A DNA stretch of 64,000 nucleotides from Octopus vulgaris (taxonomy: Eukaryota): assembly GCA_951406725.2 (NCBI GenBank), contig OX597822.1, forward strand, positions 19,406,001 through 19,470,000. Reading direction: 5' to 3'. The number at the start of each line of letters is the position of its first letter. The first letter of the stretch is position 1. The position numbers were made by a program, and so were the translations under genes. Of this stretch, positions 36,591-50,156 are shown one piece after another. The notes under the pieces were generated by a model that was not told the origin of the DNA, searched no databases, and was given only the letters and a program-made list of their open reading frames with translations.

Positions 36591-38894
36591 TGATCTTACT
36601 AGGTCAGTTCTGATTGAGTCAAACTACAAATCAGACATTCAATCCATAACCAGCTTGTCTTGTTATTCTTTTAATCAGGAGAAAACTCAGTATGTTTGCA
36701 ATGGGGTGAACTTCATAAAAGGCAGCCAATGGTCAGGCAGTAGTGTTAAAACAGATAATGGATTGTGTCTACCATCCTACATCTAAGACTGTATTCTCTA
36801 TTTTATCTATTTTTCTTAAAGCTTGTAAGATGTGGTATGAAGAGATTTAATTGTTGTTTTTAATATTTCACTATTTTCTGGCATGTCTGTGTTGATGAAT
36901 ATTAAAATCTATGTTATTAATTGATGCCTGAAGAAGTCCTGAATGGCATTAATTAATGCCAACATTTCTATTCTGTTTAAAACTGAGCTCTTGGTTTTAA
37001 TATGCCCTGGTTGGCTCAGTTCACCCAAAGAAATGATGTTTAACACAAATGTCAGTTTCTTTGAGTCATTTTTGTACATTTATAAAAATGTTTTCAAATC
37101 AGTTATGATGAGAAAGCCACATGGATAGATGGCACATAGTCAGACATGACTGTTCAGTGGTTCACAGACTGTTTTGGAACAAAGGTGCACTATAGTGGTT
37201 ATATTTTCCCAGCGATAAGAAACCACTTCACATTTCTTTCTGGATCCAGTGTGTATATAGAGGGTGAACCTTCATAAAACACTTGGTTTTAGTTCATCTT
37301 ACAGTTTATTTAATCTTTATAACTTAATAGTTTTATGCCTTTATAACTTTAAAACCAAGAACTACTTCTGACCAAGAAAGCTGTATTGTCAGTTACAAGG
37401 ACTGACAGAAATATCAAGCGATTTTTCTTTGACTAAATTTTCAATTCTAAGCTGAGAGGGTAGCTTGGGCCAGAAACCAAACAGCTTGCTTTTAAACAAG
37501 AACTTACCTCCATGTACACTTGTGTACCACTACACTGGGCTGTAATAGATTGCAATTGGTTGAATGAGAAGTTTCTTATTACACAGATGGGTGCCATGGT
37601 CTCTTACATCACCAGGGATTTTCTATGTTTAACTTAATACAACTGAAATTTTTTGTGAACAAATTACATTTAATTATGAATATTAAGTACTTCAACATCA
37701 TTAGAAACATTAGTACACTGGATCAAAAGCTTGGCAGCATTTTGTCTGTTTTTGCATTCTGAGTTCAAATTCCAGAGAGGCTGACTTTGCCTTTCATCTT
37801 TTCAGGGTTGATAAAATAAGTACCAACTGAGCACTAGGGTCAATATAATTAACTTACTCCCTCCCCCGAAGTTTCTGGCTTTGTGTCAGAATTTGAAACC
37901 AATATTAAGTATTTACTTTTAATAAATACTTTGAATACTAGTAATCTTCATTTTTATCAGTGTTCTGTCTACTTTGCCATGCTTGTATGAGCGAAACAGA
38001 ATTCAATGAGGCAGTTTTCTACCTCAGTTAATATCATCTGAGCCATCCATGCCTTTTCTACTACCAACCCTCACATGTTTCCAAGCAAGGTGATATTTCC
38101 TTGTGGTTAGACATGTTTTCACAGACAATTTGAAATAAGTGATACTGCTAAGATGATGGTTACGCTAAAGGCCCCGAGTTAGTAGTATCGTTAGCATGCT
38201 GGGCAAAATGCTTTGCAGTATTTCACCCGTCTTTACCTTCTGCTTTCATGATTCCGGGCTTGATAAAATAGGTACCAGTTGAGCATTGGAGTCACATACA
38301 CATCTATACATGCACATACGCATGCACACTCAAACACACATATGCTCTGACATACACATGTACACAAACACACACACATGTATATACATATACAATAAGC
38401 TTTCTGTTTTCATCTAACAAACCCACTCTCAAAGCCTCAGCTAGTCCAGGATTATAACAGAAGTCACTTGCCCAAGGAGTGGAATTTGATATACTGTTAA
38501 TCATATTTTTCTTATGTTCATTGATAACACAATCACTTCCTCATATGTTAGTCCTGAATTTTTTTAAAATGCATTCAAAATGTAAAACTATACCCGACTT
38601 AGATAATTAATCATTAATATTGGTATAATATGTCTTACCTAAATCAACTATATTATTTAGGGCAGTCTATATATACTTTAACACACACACACATGCACAT
38701 ACACAGTTTAGTGTGTATGTATGAGTGTGTGTATAATTTGTTTTAAAAGTTGAAGCATTTGACTTTTTCTATCCAAAAGGGTTCTTAACTCTGTATTTAC
38801 ATGCTATTATTTATAGCTTTATCTAGTTTGGGTTTCTACAGTTTCATATAAATTATTTTACATTCTCTCAAAGTTTCTAAATTTTTATGGCATA

Positions 38895-38934
<40 letters not shown>

Positions 38935-39167
38935 ATTAGTAGAGTTAGCTGTTGGAATAAACATCTAAGGGAAAAAAGTATCCGTTTTACTACTGGTATA
39001 ATTACCTATGTTAATCCTGGGCATACTTATGCAAGCATATTATGCTCATAAGGTAAACCTGAGTTTATCAGGAATCAAATTTAAAGTAAACAGCAAATGG
39101 AGAAGTATTGATCAACAACAATTGACTAACATCAATTATTACTTTTTTATACAAATAGACTGTATCC

Positions 39168-39285
39168 CATCTAACAGCTGTTTCTGCTTCCAATGTTCCA
39201 CGGTATTGCCATTGAAAATTCTGAAAATAATATTCATCATATTTGGTAATACATCTGATCTGGAACATGGAGCTTCATCAGAGTG
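39168..39285 (-). ncRNA. Type I hammerhead ribozyme with an intact core and about 90-nt helix II
   Basis: Minus strand: CACT CTGATGA AGCTCCATGTTCCA...TGGAACATTGGAAGCA GAAA CAGCTG TT AGATG. The site is GUU and helix I has a one-nucleotide bulge. Confidence 0.8.
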
Positions 39286-40149
39286 AAGAAAAATACCTAA
39301 AAGAAAAGAAAAGAGGAAGAGCCTCAAGAAGAAGGTGAAAGGCTTAATATATTTAAATCAAACCATTTTGCATATGTGATGCTTCAGGACGTTGAGTAAA
39401 TGACTAAACTTAAAACATTAATTGGTGAGTTAATTTTTCTATGGGAGTAATAGGGTGTATAGGTAATTAGTAAAATAAAAAATTTACCATAACAGGATAT
39501 GTCAATAGGTCTTTAAAAAGAGGGAGTGATAGTGCCATAATGTTTTGAAGTAATCATAATAGTTCTTAAGATGATGTCAATAGTGCTAATTAATAATTTA
39601 TCCTAATAAAACGTCCATCAATTAATTACAATAAATTACACATAATAACTCAATTATATAATCATCATCATCATCTAACGTTCACTTTCCATGCTAGCAT
39701 GGGTTGGACGATTTGACTGAGGACTGGCGAACCAGGCTCCAATCTTGATCTGGCAGAGTTTCTACAGCTGGATGCCCTTCCTAATGCCAACCACTCTGAG
39801 AATTCTTGGGTTGTTGATTTTAGATATCTAAACCATTTTGCTCTATCACGTAAGGATTTTCAATAAAATACAAGTTAATAATAATAAAAAATATGAATTT
39901 TTGATAAACTATTACTTTATTAAAATGAAGCAAGTAATCACGGAAAAGCATATACTGTAAGTTTTAAGAACATATATATTCCAAATCAACATGAAATAAA
40001 TCATGTTCATCATGAAATGAATCGTGAATCATCAACATCAAATCAAATGAATCTAAAAAGAATATGCTCCTAATGGTTAGCCTACATTGATTCAGAAGAA
40101 AGAAGACCACTTTGAATTCTGCTTGTGCTGTGTTTCTAGACCATCATGT

Positions 40150-40666
40150 GTCAATAACTAGCAGTAATCTGCCATCATACTGATATCCCATTTGCCCTGG
40201 TATCAAGCTTCCATGGTGCAAGTATCCTGAGGGAACTGCTCTCTTTGTTCCTCACTGAAGTCACCACAATTGTTGGGAAAATAATCAAGATGGGATTGCA
40301 AAAAGTACATCTTGACACTCATTCTAGAGCCAACTTGAAATCAGGTCCTGGATCATTTTTTTTTCATATTCTGGTGAGTGACTGTTTCCCAAAAATCGAC
40401 TTGAAGAAACTCCAGGCATTCACCCTGACACCTAATGCTTCCTCAAAATGCTTTTCCTTCATCAATTCCTGAATCTGAAGGTCAACAAAGATTCCTGCCT
40501 TTAGCTTGCCTTCATTTATATGAGGTAACTTTGACTCCAGGTGCTCAAAAACAGCTCCATTCTTCTTCAGGACCTTCACAAAATTTTTCATAAGCCCTAA
40601 TTTGATGTGGAGTGGTGGCAGCAGGTAGTGGGTAGCGATTTTCTTCACTACTTCAGGGAGTGACAA
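40150..40666 (-). mobile_element. DNA transposase relic, most likely Chapaev3 (CMC) type
   Basis: LLPPLHIKLGLMKNFVKVL...KLKAGIF and MSVKMYFLQSHLDYFPNNCGDFSEEQREQFPQD...YQGKWDISMMADYC; the superfamily assignment is from memory. Confidence 0.75.
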
Positions 40667-41584
40667 CCCTGCCTGACACGAGTCCCAGGCTCAACTGGCT
40701 CCGGCTGACAGTAAAAGAGAAAAGTAACATTTCTGTATAATTTCGATGTGATAGAGATGAGTAAAAAACACCATGGATCACTATTTTTCATATATATTTC
40801 GTAAAAGATATACAATCAATAAAAATCATGCAAACCAGTATAATAGAAGGCATTTGGCCAAGGTACTGTGTGGTGAGATTGAACCTGAAACTAAATAGTT
40901 GGGAAACAAGTTTCTTAGCCACACAGCCATGTCTGCACTCATATAGATGTTTGTATGTGTGTATGCACAGAAAGCTAGTAAAGTATTTGTAGTTTTTATG
41001 ACTCCATACATTAATGATAGATCTTGCTATATAATTCTTAAAATTCTTTTCTTGCCTTCCAACAACAAATTACTGAATTCACAACTTCACCCCACTGACT
41101 GGTACTGCATTCCATTCGATATTGTTTTGGTCTCTCATTACCACTCTTATAAAATTACTAAGATCTGTCTTAATAATATGTTTCTGTTCTAAACTATGAT
41201 ATTAATGTAACAAGCCATTAAGCTTCTTTTAATTTTCTAATTGTGTGTAGGCAACATAGGAGCAGTCTAATCTGCCTGTTTACCTTGTGGCTGATTCTCT
41301 ATAATAATAATAATAATAATAATCCTTACTACTACAAGCACAAGGTCTGAAATGTTGGTGGAGGGGACTAGTCAATTACATCGACCCCAGTGTTTCACTG
41401 GTACTTAATTTATCCACCCTGAAAGGGTGAAAGGAGAGTCAACCTCAGAATTTGAACTCAGGATGTAAAGATGGACAAAATGCCTCTGAGCATTTTACCC
41501 AGCATGCTAATGATTCTGCCAGAATAAAAGAAAAACGGTTAAAAAGTTTGCTGGTCTCTGTTTATTGTTATAAATAACAACTAC

Positions 41585-41623
<39 letters not shown>

Positions 41624-43739
41624 CATTAATAGAGGCAAAAAAAAATCATTAATAGAGCAAAAGCTTATTAAATAACGAATGTTTAGAGATTGTAAAGTTC
41701 ATGTTCTGTAACCAAATTTATTGTCTGTGTGCTGAGAGCACCTTAACCAGTAGTTGGTCAGGAACTGTGAATGAGAACCGATCAGATGCCTAACATAGCT
41801 CACCAACACAACATGATAGATATCTCTCTAATGCTACTGGTATTACATGGAATGTTGTGATATAAACAGTAGATTCTAACATCCATAATCTGGTGTATAT
41901 TTTACTGCAGGTCATAAGGTTATCTGTCTTGCTTCTTTTTTTTTTTTTTTTATATGTACATATCAATAACTGTTGATTGCCCACCCACTTAATTCTGCTT
42001 CCTAGATGTAGCATGGTGGCTTTTTTAAAAGAGTTTCAACTGTAAGAACTGTATGAGAGACATTTTTCTATTTTATTCACAATCTTGGAATGTTTGTGGG
42101 TGAAAAGGGTGTATCAACAGTTTACATCTTGAGAGTGTGTGTGAAAAGTTAAAGAAAATCAGAATAATGATTTTTTTATATTTTATTACATTAGCATGAC
42201 AGCTCAATACATAGCAATGAGAATATATAATAAGGATGGTAATAATGATTTATTTCATTGGCACAATCCCAAATAATAAAGATAATAATAATGAAAAAGA
42301 GACCTTTTATAACACTTTCAGCATAGGTTGGGTATGCCTGTACTCTTTGAAAGGTTAGCATTGGAATGCTTTTTGCAAAAGTTTACTTTATGCAGCTGAT
42401 GACGTTTTTGTTATTTAATATACATCAGTCAATCTCCATGCTACTAAATAATTTATTTAAACTTTGAAATTGTAAGGAGGTCAGACATCTATTTATTTAT
42501 TTAATTATTTTATTTGCTTATTTATTCTATTTATTAATTTACTTATTTATTTGTGGGTATTTGGGTGCATGTAGGTCTGTTCTTGTACAAGAGATGTGAT
42601 CACTTTTCCTTAAAGGTGTTTGTTTAACTAGAAGGTTTCAGATCTTGTTTTCCCATGTGACATTTATTCTGCTCTGTTCTAGTGTGAGTGAGAGAGATTG
42701 TTGTTAGGAACCCACTTTTCAAGGAGTGTCTTTGACTACTCTTTCTCTAAAAGTATCTGCTTGATGTCCACTCCTCCATTTTTTTTTAATGTATCTATTT
42801 GATCCCTTTTTCTCTGACAGTATCTACTGGACCTCTTTTCATAACTTTGCTCTTAAAGGAAGCCTAAAAATATATTCTCTGTGTAGGAATTCTATATTGG
42901 TTTCAAATTTTGGCTCAAGGCCAGCAATTTTGGGGAAGGGATTTAGTCAGTTACCTCAACCCATGTTCAACTGGTACTTAATCTATCAACCCCAAAAGGA
43001 TGAAAGGCAAAGTTGCCCTTGGTGGAATTTGAACTCAGAACACAAAAATGGATGAAATGCTGCTAAGCATTTTGCCCAGTGTGTTAATGCATTAGCCAGC
43101 TTGCCATATTGCTATGGGAACGTTCTACAGTTTCACATTAAAAACTTCTTTTTGTGTATGTGTGTGTGTGTTAAAAGTATTATTTTCAGCTTGTCTACAA
43201 ACACAGCCAGGCTGAAATAATTAATGTTTCTTCAGGAGTGAATAAAAAATTCTCAAACTTGAGGGGATGGGTCGCTTAGATACTAACATGGGCCCCTGTA
43301 TATGAATTCTAATGGCACAGGGGCCCACTTGCCATCAGGCAAGTTGGCAACCTGGCCAGTCTGCCACTGAGTATATATTAGAAACAACTGGAAGGGAAAG
43401 TATGTTTTGTTTTGTTTTGTTTCATTTTTGTTTTTACTTTTGTTGGTTTTCTTTTTTTTTTTTAATATGAATGTTCTCTATGAAGCAAGTAGTAAATAGA
43501 GATAATTTGTTGTGATTTTGGCAATGATTTGAGGATAGTCATATCATTATCATCATCCTCATTTAATATCCACTTTTCTGTATTTGCATGGGTCAGATGG
43601 AATTTGTGGAGGTAGCTTTTCTACAGCCTGATGCCTTTCCTGTTGCTAACCCTCACCTGTTTCCAACTGAGGTAATATTGCCCTATGTATGGCCACATGT
43701 GTTTTTCACTGAAGAATGAAAATGAATAACAGTACTTGT

Positions 43740-46082
43740 TATTGGCCCGCATCAATTTGTACAACATCTTCCCGGTTCGGCCAGGCCCTTCTTGACGTGG
43801 CTGAAGATTGTTTTCTATCGCAACATGTTGAATATCCGACAAGGCATCGGTCTGGGCAGCAGCCATCTATGCTAGATCTGGTATTCTCCCGCTATCCAAG
43901 ATCAGTGTCAGACGTATCTGTGTGCGCCCCTCTTGCCAAGAGTGATCATGCGGTCCTGAAGTTCGTCATGCACACAACTTTTTCCACGCCCACGATTACT
44001 TCGCTGCCACGTAGAGTCTTCTCTGCAATTAATCTTGAAATTCTAACCGAGGCTTCCGCGCTTCTGGACTGGCGTTCCCTGATGACGTTGTCCTCAGTTG
44101 ACGAACTATGGTCATCCTTCAAAGCATATGTAATCTGTTTGACTGACCAGGCAGTTCCCGTTGGGCTTCCCAAGAGGAAGAAACACAAGCCCTGGGTGAC
44201 GAAGAAGGTTAAACGAGAACGTCGACTCAGAGATATTGCTTGGGCTGAATTCAAAAATCTGGATTCGACTGCAGCTTTTGAGGTGTACAAAACTCAACGA
44301 GACCGAGCCGTGAAAATTGAAAAGAAAGAACGCTTCAGTTATGAATACAAAATCGCGGCAAATGCCAGTAGCAATCCAAAAACCTTCTTTGCCCATGTCC
44401 AGCGGAATTCCCGCTTGAACAACCAGATTGCAACATTGGTAGACTCAACAGGCGTATCGATTGAGGACCCTTATCAACAGAGTCAATTATTTGCCGAGGC
44501 TTTTTCAACTATTTTCAAACAAGATGATGGTCGTGAACCCCCTCCATTTGATAGATCGGTACCTCCAATGCTTTGATTGATCATCACGCGGGACGAAGTC
44601 AAACGTGTTATTCAAGGCCTCGATGTCAACAAGGGTCACGGCCCTGACGGCATACACCCACGGGTTATCAAAGCATTGGCTCCGGTCATCTGCGAGCCCT
44701 TAACACGACTATTCAATATGTCATTGGCGACGGGTGTTATACCTGCAGACTGGAGAACAGCGATAATCTGCCCAATTTTCAAGAAAGGGAGCCGCGAAGA
44801 CCCGCTTAACTACCGACCGGTTTCCCTTACATCAATAATCAGCAAGATGTTCGAAACCATCCTTAAGAAAAGTATGATGCTCCACCTCCTAAACACAGCC
44901 TCGATCACTGATTCTCAACACGGCTTCGTGCCGAAGAGATCATGCTTGACCAACTTACTAGTACTGGAAGAATTGGTGACGCGCATCCTCGATGATAGTG
45001 ATGCTGTTGACATCGTTTTATTGGACTTTGCCAAAGCTTTTGACTCGGTAAACCACCGCCTACTACTTGTCAAGCTTCAAGCATATAGTTTCCATCCGGA
45101 TATTGTACGATGGGTTGGTGCCTTCCTCTCAGATCGCTCCTTCCAAGTTCAAGTTAATGGTTCGCGGTCCGACGTCTCCAGTGCGAGCAGTGGCGTGCCT
45201 CAAGGTTCAGTGCTTGGGCCCTTGTTGTTCTTAGTCTTCATAAATGACTTGCCCGACGACCTCACGCAACACACCCTTCTATTTGCCGACGATATCAAAC
45301 TGGTCGCTCCTCGCGGTAGTATAGAGGATCTTCGTCGATGCCTCCACCAAATTTGGAAGTGGTCTAACGATTGGGACCTGTGTCTGAACATGTCAAAGTG
45401 CTGTCATCTGCCTGTCGGCTCTACTCCTGCAACTCAACTTGATTTCGAGCCGGGTCGTCTGCTGCTGGAGAGGACCGATCAGGTAAAGGACCTGGGTATC
45501 TTGGTGGATTCCTCCTTTTCGCCTTCGGCCCAGTGCGTCCATGCTGCCAACAAAGCGCGCGGAATTCTGTTTTTGATTCGACGGTCATTCGGAATGCTCA
45601 CAGCAGCCATATTCCTGCCACTCTATGTCACGCTGGTGAGACCCATATTGGAGTATGGGATTCAAGCCTCTTCTCCTTATCTCCTCAAAGACATACAGCA
45701 CCTCGAAAGAGTCCAGAGGCTGGCTACCCGCATGGTTCATGGTCTCAAAAATTTGTCCTACGAAGAAAGGCTGAGGACACTCAACCTTTATTCTCTTGAA
45801 AAACGCCGCCGCCGTGGTGATCTCATTCTCGCCCACAACATCATAAGCGGGAAGTATAACCTCTCGAAAGAGCTGTTCTTCACTCCTGCTCCGGAGCGTC
45901 GGCTGCGGGGTCATTCCGAAAAGCTCTACCTGCGACGATTTCATCTCAATCGAAGGAGGGGAGCTTTCTCCGTCCGGGTTGCGGATCCGTGGAACAAGCT
46001 ACCAGACAAGATGGTGAAGATGCCGACGACCGCTTTGTTCAAAGCCTCCCTGGACCTCAAGTGGCCTGAACTCTTTACATGA
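43740..46082 (+). pseudogene. LINE ORF2 (end of APE endonuclease plus reverse transcriptase) with one in-frame TGA at 44574-44576
   Basis: LDLVF and SDHAVL (APE); GPDGI, NYRPVSLTS, QHGF, LDFAKAFDSV, GVPQGSVLGP and FADD (RT); C-terminal RRRGDLI, LRGH and WNKLP typical of CR1. The two listed ORFs are in the same frame. Confidence 0.93.
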
Positions 46083-46164
46083 ACACCACCCTGTACTTAA
46101 CTCCATGTCCCCCTACATGGCCTTGCTATTTGCTTTTGAGCCAAATTAACTAACTAACTAACTA
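43740..46164 (+). mobile_element. 5'-truncated CR1-clade LINE, young, inserted in an older SINE; (TAAC)n tail; probable ACTTGT TSD
   Basis: GC-rich block with retained CpGs. The tail is TAACTAACTAAC, and ACTTGT occurs at 43734-43739 and 46165-46170. The host repeat resumes on both sides. Confidence 0.92.
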
Positions 46165-46804
46165 ACTTGTATGATGATGCTTATATGCAACTATCACATG
46201 ATGTTAAGACAAGAGTATGCATAAACACATACTTACATGTAGAGATACATTCATCATCATCATCATCATTTAACATCCATTTTCCATGCTGGCATGGGTT
46301 GGACAGGTTCTATTGTCTGTTCTGGCATGCTTTCTACAGCTGGATGCCCTTCCTAATGCCAACCACGCCACAGAGTGTACTAGATGGTTTTTATGTGGCA
46401 CAAGCACCAGTACTTTTAACATGGCACTAGTATCATCAATTCTGCTATGGTGGATGCTTCTTCTTTAGTACAGTAGTGCACCAGATATCTCGGTCTTTAG
46501 TCCTCTCTATTGTAAGGCTCATACATATGTGACAGTCATCTTCCAGTTTCCATCTACAAAATCCTCTCGCAAGGGTTTAGTCAGCTCAGGATCATAATAG
46601 AAAACTGAAGGTGCCATGCAGTGGGACTAAACCCAAGACCACATGGTTGGGGGGCAAGCTTCTCAGCCTCACCTGTGCCCCTAAGCACACCATATCATCT
46701 TAAAATCAGAAAATATAGAAAATAGATGCTGAACTATTATTCTTTGAATAAAAATTTCCAAGTGATTCTATTAGTAAGCAGAATGACCCCACTCTAAATA
46801 TTAT

Positions 46805-47298
46805 CTTTTATCTTTTACTTATTTCAGTCATTAGATTGCACCCATGCGGGGACACCATCTTGAAGAAATTTTTAGCTCAATGACTTGACCCCAGTACATA
46901 TTTTTTTAAACCTGGTACTTATTCTATCAGCCTCTTTTGCCAAACTGCTAACTTATGGGGACATAAACACACCAACAAGTGGTGGTGGGAGATGACAAAC
47001 ACAAAGACACACACTCACTTATATATATATATATACATACAAAGAGAGAGAACATATAGGGAGTTTATGTCAATTGACATAATGTAATAGGTACATACTA
47101 TACATGCACACACACACACACACACACACACACAACAGGCTTCCTTCAGTTTCCATCTACCGAGTCCACTCAAAAGGCTTTGGCTGGCCTGAGGCTAGAG
47201 TGGAAGACACTTGCCCAAAGTGCCATGCACTAGGACGCGCAGTCCCTTCCAGAACCCTATGGTTGGGAAGGAAGCTTCTTACCACAAAGCCATGCCTA
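46805..47298 (-). mobile_element. tRNA-derived SINE (family B), diverged
   Basis: Family B tail and head in reverse orientation. Confidence 0.75.
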
Positions 47299-48052
47299 TA
47301 CCTTACTGCCACAAGTTTTTTGAATAATTATTTTGTGAAAACTAAATAGTGTTTATTCAATTGAGTGTTTGTTGTAATAAAGAAAAGATTGCATACATCA
47401 TTAATATTGTTTCAAGGCATGCATCTAGTTTGGGAAAATTCTGTTAGGCTTTTTGGTTACTTGCAGACCTAAAACCTTTCACAAAAAAAACACATAAGAT
47501 GTGGTTTGTTGGTTTTTATGCCAATGTAATTTCATGTTTTTATTATTTTTTTTTCTTTAAATTTGTTTAATAACAGTGTTGAAACTCATGTTGTAGTTGT
47601 TTAAGCTCAGAATCAACTCAGTTCAACCAAACCTGTGAGATATATTCTGGAAGTTATCCGATCTTTTTAGGGGTGTCTAAGACTAGATTATTTAATCTAT
47701 CCTTTCACTTTTAAGATCACATGATGTGTTTCAAGTCAAATTAGACTGCTATTTCTAGCAGCTCAAGCAACTACCTTCATTTAAAATATCGCATATATTG
47801 TTTATTGTAACATCTGGCAGCATCAGTTCATTCTTCATGAACATGAGTGAGTCATAAATGAGAAGCTAGGAGACTTTACAGGATGTGGAGTATATCTCTC
47901 AGTTATTTAGTTTGCAACACACAGAAATAGCAGGACAATAGTATTTCAGCCGCATCACTATCACTTTATTCTTCCATACTTTACAACACAAACAGATGTC
48001 TCTTAGTTTTTTCATTATATTTTCATTTTACATTTTTATATTTATCTATAAT

Positions 48053-48284
48053 TTAACCCTTTAGCATTCAGCTAATTCTGTCAAATGTAATGTTATTTAT
48101 TCACATTGATTAAAAAAAAATTATTCATGTATTACCTTTGTAGCTTTGAGATTTTAATGATGTGAATGTGAATTTTTAGAATAATATTTTAATGGTAAGT
48201 GTGTGAGACCAGATCTGGCCAGTTTGAAGATGAAACAGGTAGATTGTTTCGGCTGGATATGACCAATTAAAATGCTAAAGGGTT
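48053..48284. mobile_element. piggyBac-type MITE (family P2)
   Basis: TTAA-CCCTTTAGCATT ... AATGCTAAAGGG-TT. Confidence 0.75.
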
Positions 48285-48765
48285 GGTTAAGTTATAAGAT
48301 TTATATTTTCACAAGCAATTACGAAGGTAGATATTTCCCATTAGTAAACTCCTTCTCCAACTTTAAACACTTTAGCACTGATGACCCAATGCAGAAACAT
48401 TTTTGTGACTATTCAGCTTGTTAGAAATAATAGCCAAATCTCCCTTGAACGCCCACCCCCATCACAGCCATCTTTAAACAAATGGAAGGATGCATTAGAT
48501 AATGAAGTCCTATAGATATTCCATAAAAAGACAAGATGGTCTTGATTGGAATGTCTTTCATCATGGGTCTGCTTTTATCAAAATTGACCTGGGTGTAAAC
48601 AATAACTTCAGCAATTAAGTGAGACTTCCATTTGTGTTTTATTGGGGTATAATAGAACCATTTTTTTTTAGGCAAAAAAATTGTCTGGTACTTTATAATA
48701 CCTGTAACAATAAAATACATCATAACCTTGACACATATCTGCAGATTTTATATTCATGTAGCATT

Positions 48766-48975
48766 TTAACCCTTTAGCATTTAAACTTGCCATATTCGGC
48801 CAAGATATTCTATCTGTTTTATGTTCAAACTGACCAGATCTAGCTTACCATATCTAAAAATAAGCAGTTACATCATCAAAATCTCAAAGCTATGAGACAA
48901 TGCATGGTTAATTCAAAACAATGTGAATGAATAAGCATTACATTTGACTGAGTAATCTGAACAGTAAAGGGTTAA
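48766..48975. mobile_element. piggyBac-type MITE (family P2, opposite orientation)
   Basis: TTAA-CCCTTTAGCATT ... GTAAAGGG-TTAA. The internal sequence is the reverse complement of 48053-48284; partial copy at about 51790. Confidence 0.78.
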
Positions 48976-50156
48976 GGAAAGACGCATGATAGAGTATAAG
49001 TCCAGCACTGTAACAGCAAGTTAAAAAGGCACCATTGATACAGTGTACCCACAGCTCACAGTAGTCAACTAGACCCTCTCATAATATCTATTTAGATATT
49101 ATGATAAACTGGAAGACTAAGCAGCAAAGTATAGTGTTTGAATCAGAGTATGGTACATCAACCCTTTGGTTGGTGAGTTCATCATCATCATCATTTAGCG
49201 TCCGTTCTCCATGCTAGCATGGGTTGGTTCCCTATTAACTTGGCCCACATTACAACTGTAGTGCAACACCTATAGTAAAGTTTGACCTTGACATTAATGA
49301 GCAAGGAATTTAACTTTTTAACCATTTAGCACCATCCCCACCACCACCACCACCTCTGACTTCACCCCTAATAGCTCTGCTTTTTCCCCATCATACTCTT
49401 GCTCTTTTCATCCTCTCTTCCTTACCTTTGACCATCCCTTTGATTACCAATCACTCCCTTCCTGACACTTTTTACATACCCCTACCATCTTCCTATCATA
49501 CTCTTACTCATTTTACCTTTTCATCCATTCTGGCCCTCTTCCTTCTCCTCCTCCTCCCCTTCCTTTTTCTTCTTAAATTTCTGACTAAGCATACATATAC
49601 TAGGCTATTGAGTAGTCTTAACACTTGTTTATATTCCAATCCCCTCCTCTCAACTACCCAGTTCTAGCCTTTCTGTTATCAGTGTTCCTTCCTTCCTATC
49701 CTCATCTATATGCTTTTGTTTTTTTTAATATTCTCTGTGTTTATATTTACTGTATACAAGACTCCACACCTACTGTTGACACTATAATGTGGTTGGCTAA
49801 TGAAGAGACAAAGTGTAGGACTGTGACGTCCTTCTAATCCTGTCTTGCTGAGGGTCATACAATTCCTCTTGTATTGGTACCACAATAAACTGCACTCACT
49901 ACACTCGGTAAATTGTTTGGTAATAGGAACGGCATCCAGCTACAGAAACCAAGCCAAATGTCACATGAGCAGCTGTCTATGGTTGAAGTGGCTCCTAATA
50001 GGATTGAACTTGGACCTTGACAACTCATCCAACCCATACAAGCATAGAAAACAGATGTAACATAATGTTGATGATGGATTTGAGTTTTCAGTTTACTTCT
50101 ATTATTTCTGTTTACATTGTTTTCAGACTTATTGAGAAGTAACTTATAGTTGTACA

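Noticed and set aside
41640-42480. Possible very old Penelope ORF on the minus strand (KRHQLHK..., PY...)
   Set aside because: Too decayed to support by eye; needs tBLASTn.
44574-44576. In-frame TGA in LINE ORF2 as programmed readthrough or selenocysteine
   Set aside because: The copy is 5'-truncated and a point mutation is simpler; no SECIS or readthrough signal is evident.
48375-48410. CTGATGA-CCCAATGCA-GAAACATTTTTGTG
   Set aside because: Helix II does not pair and helix I is unconvincing; could be chance.
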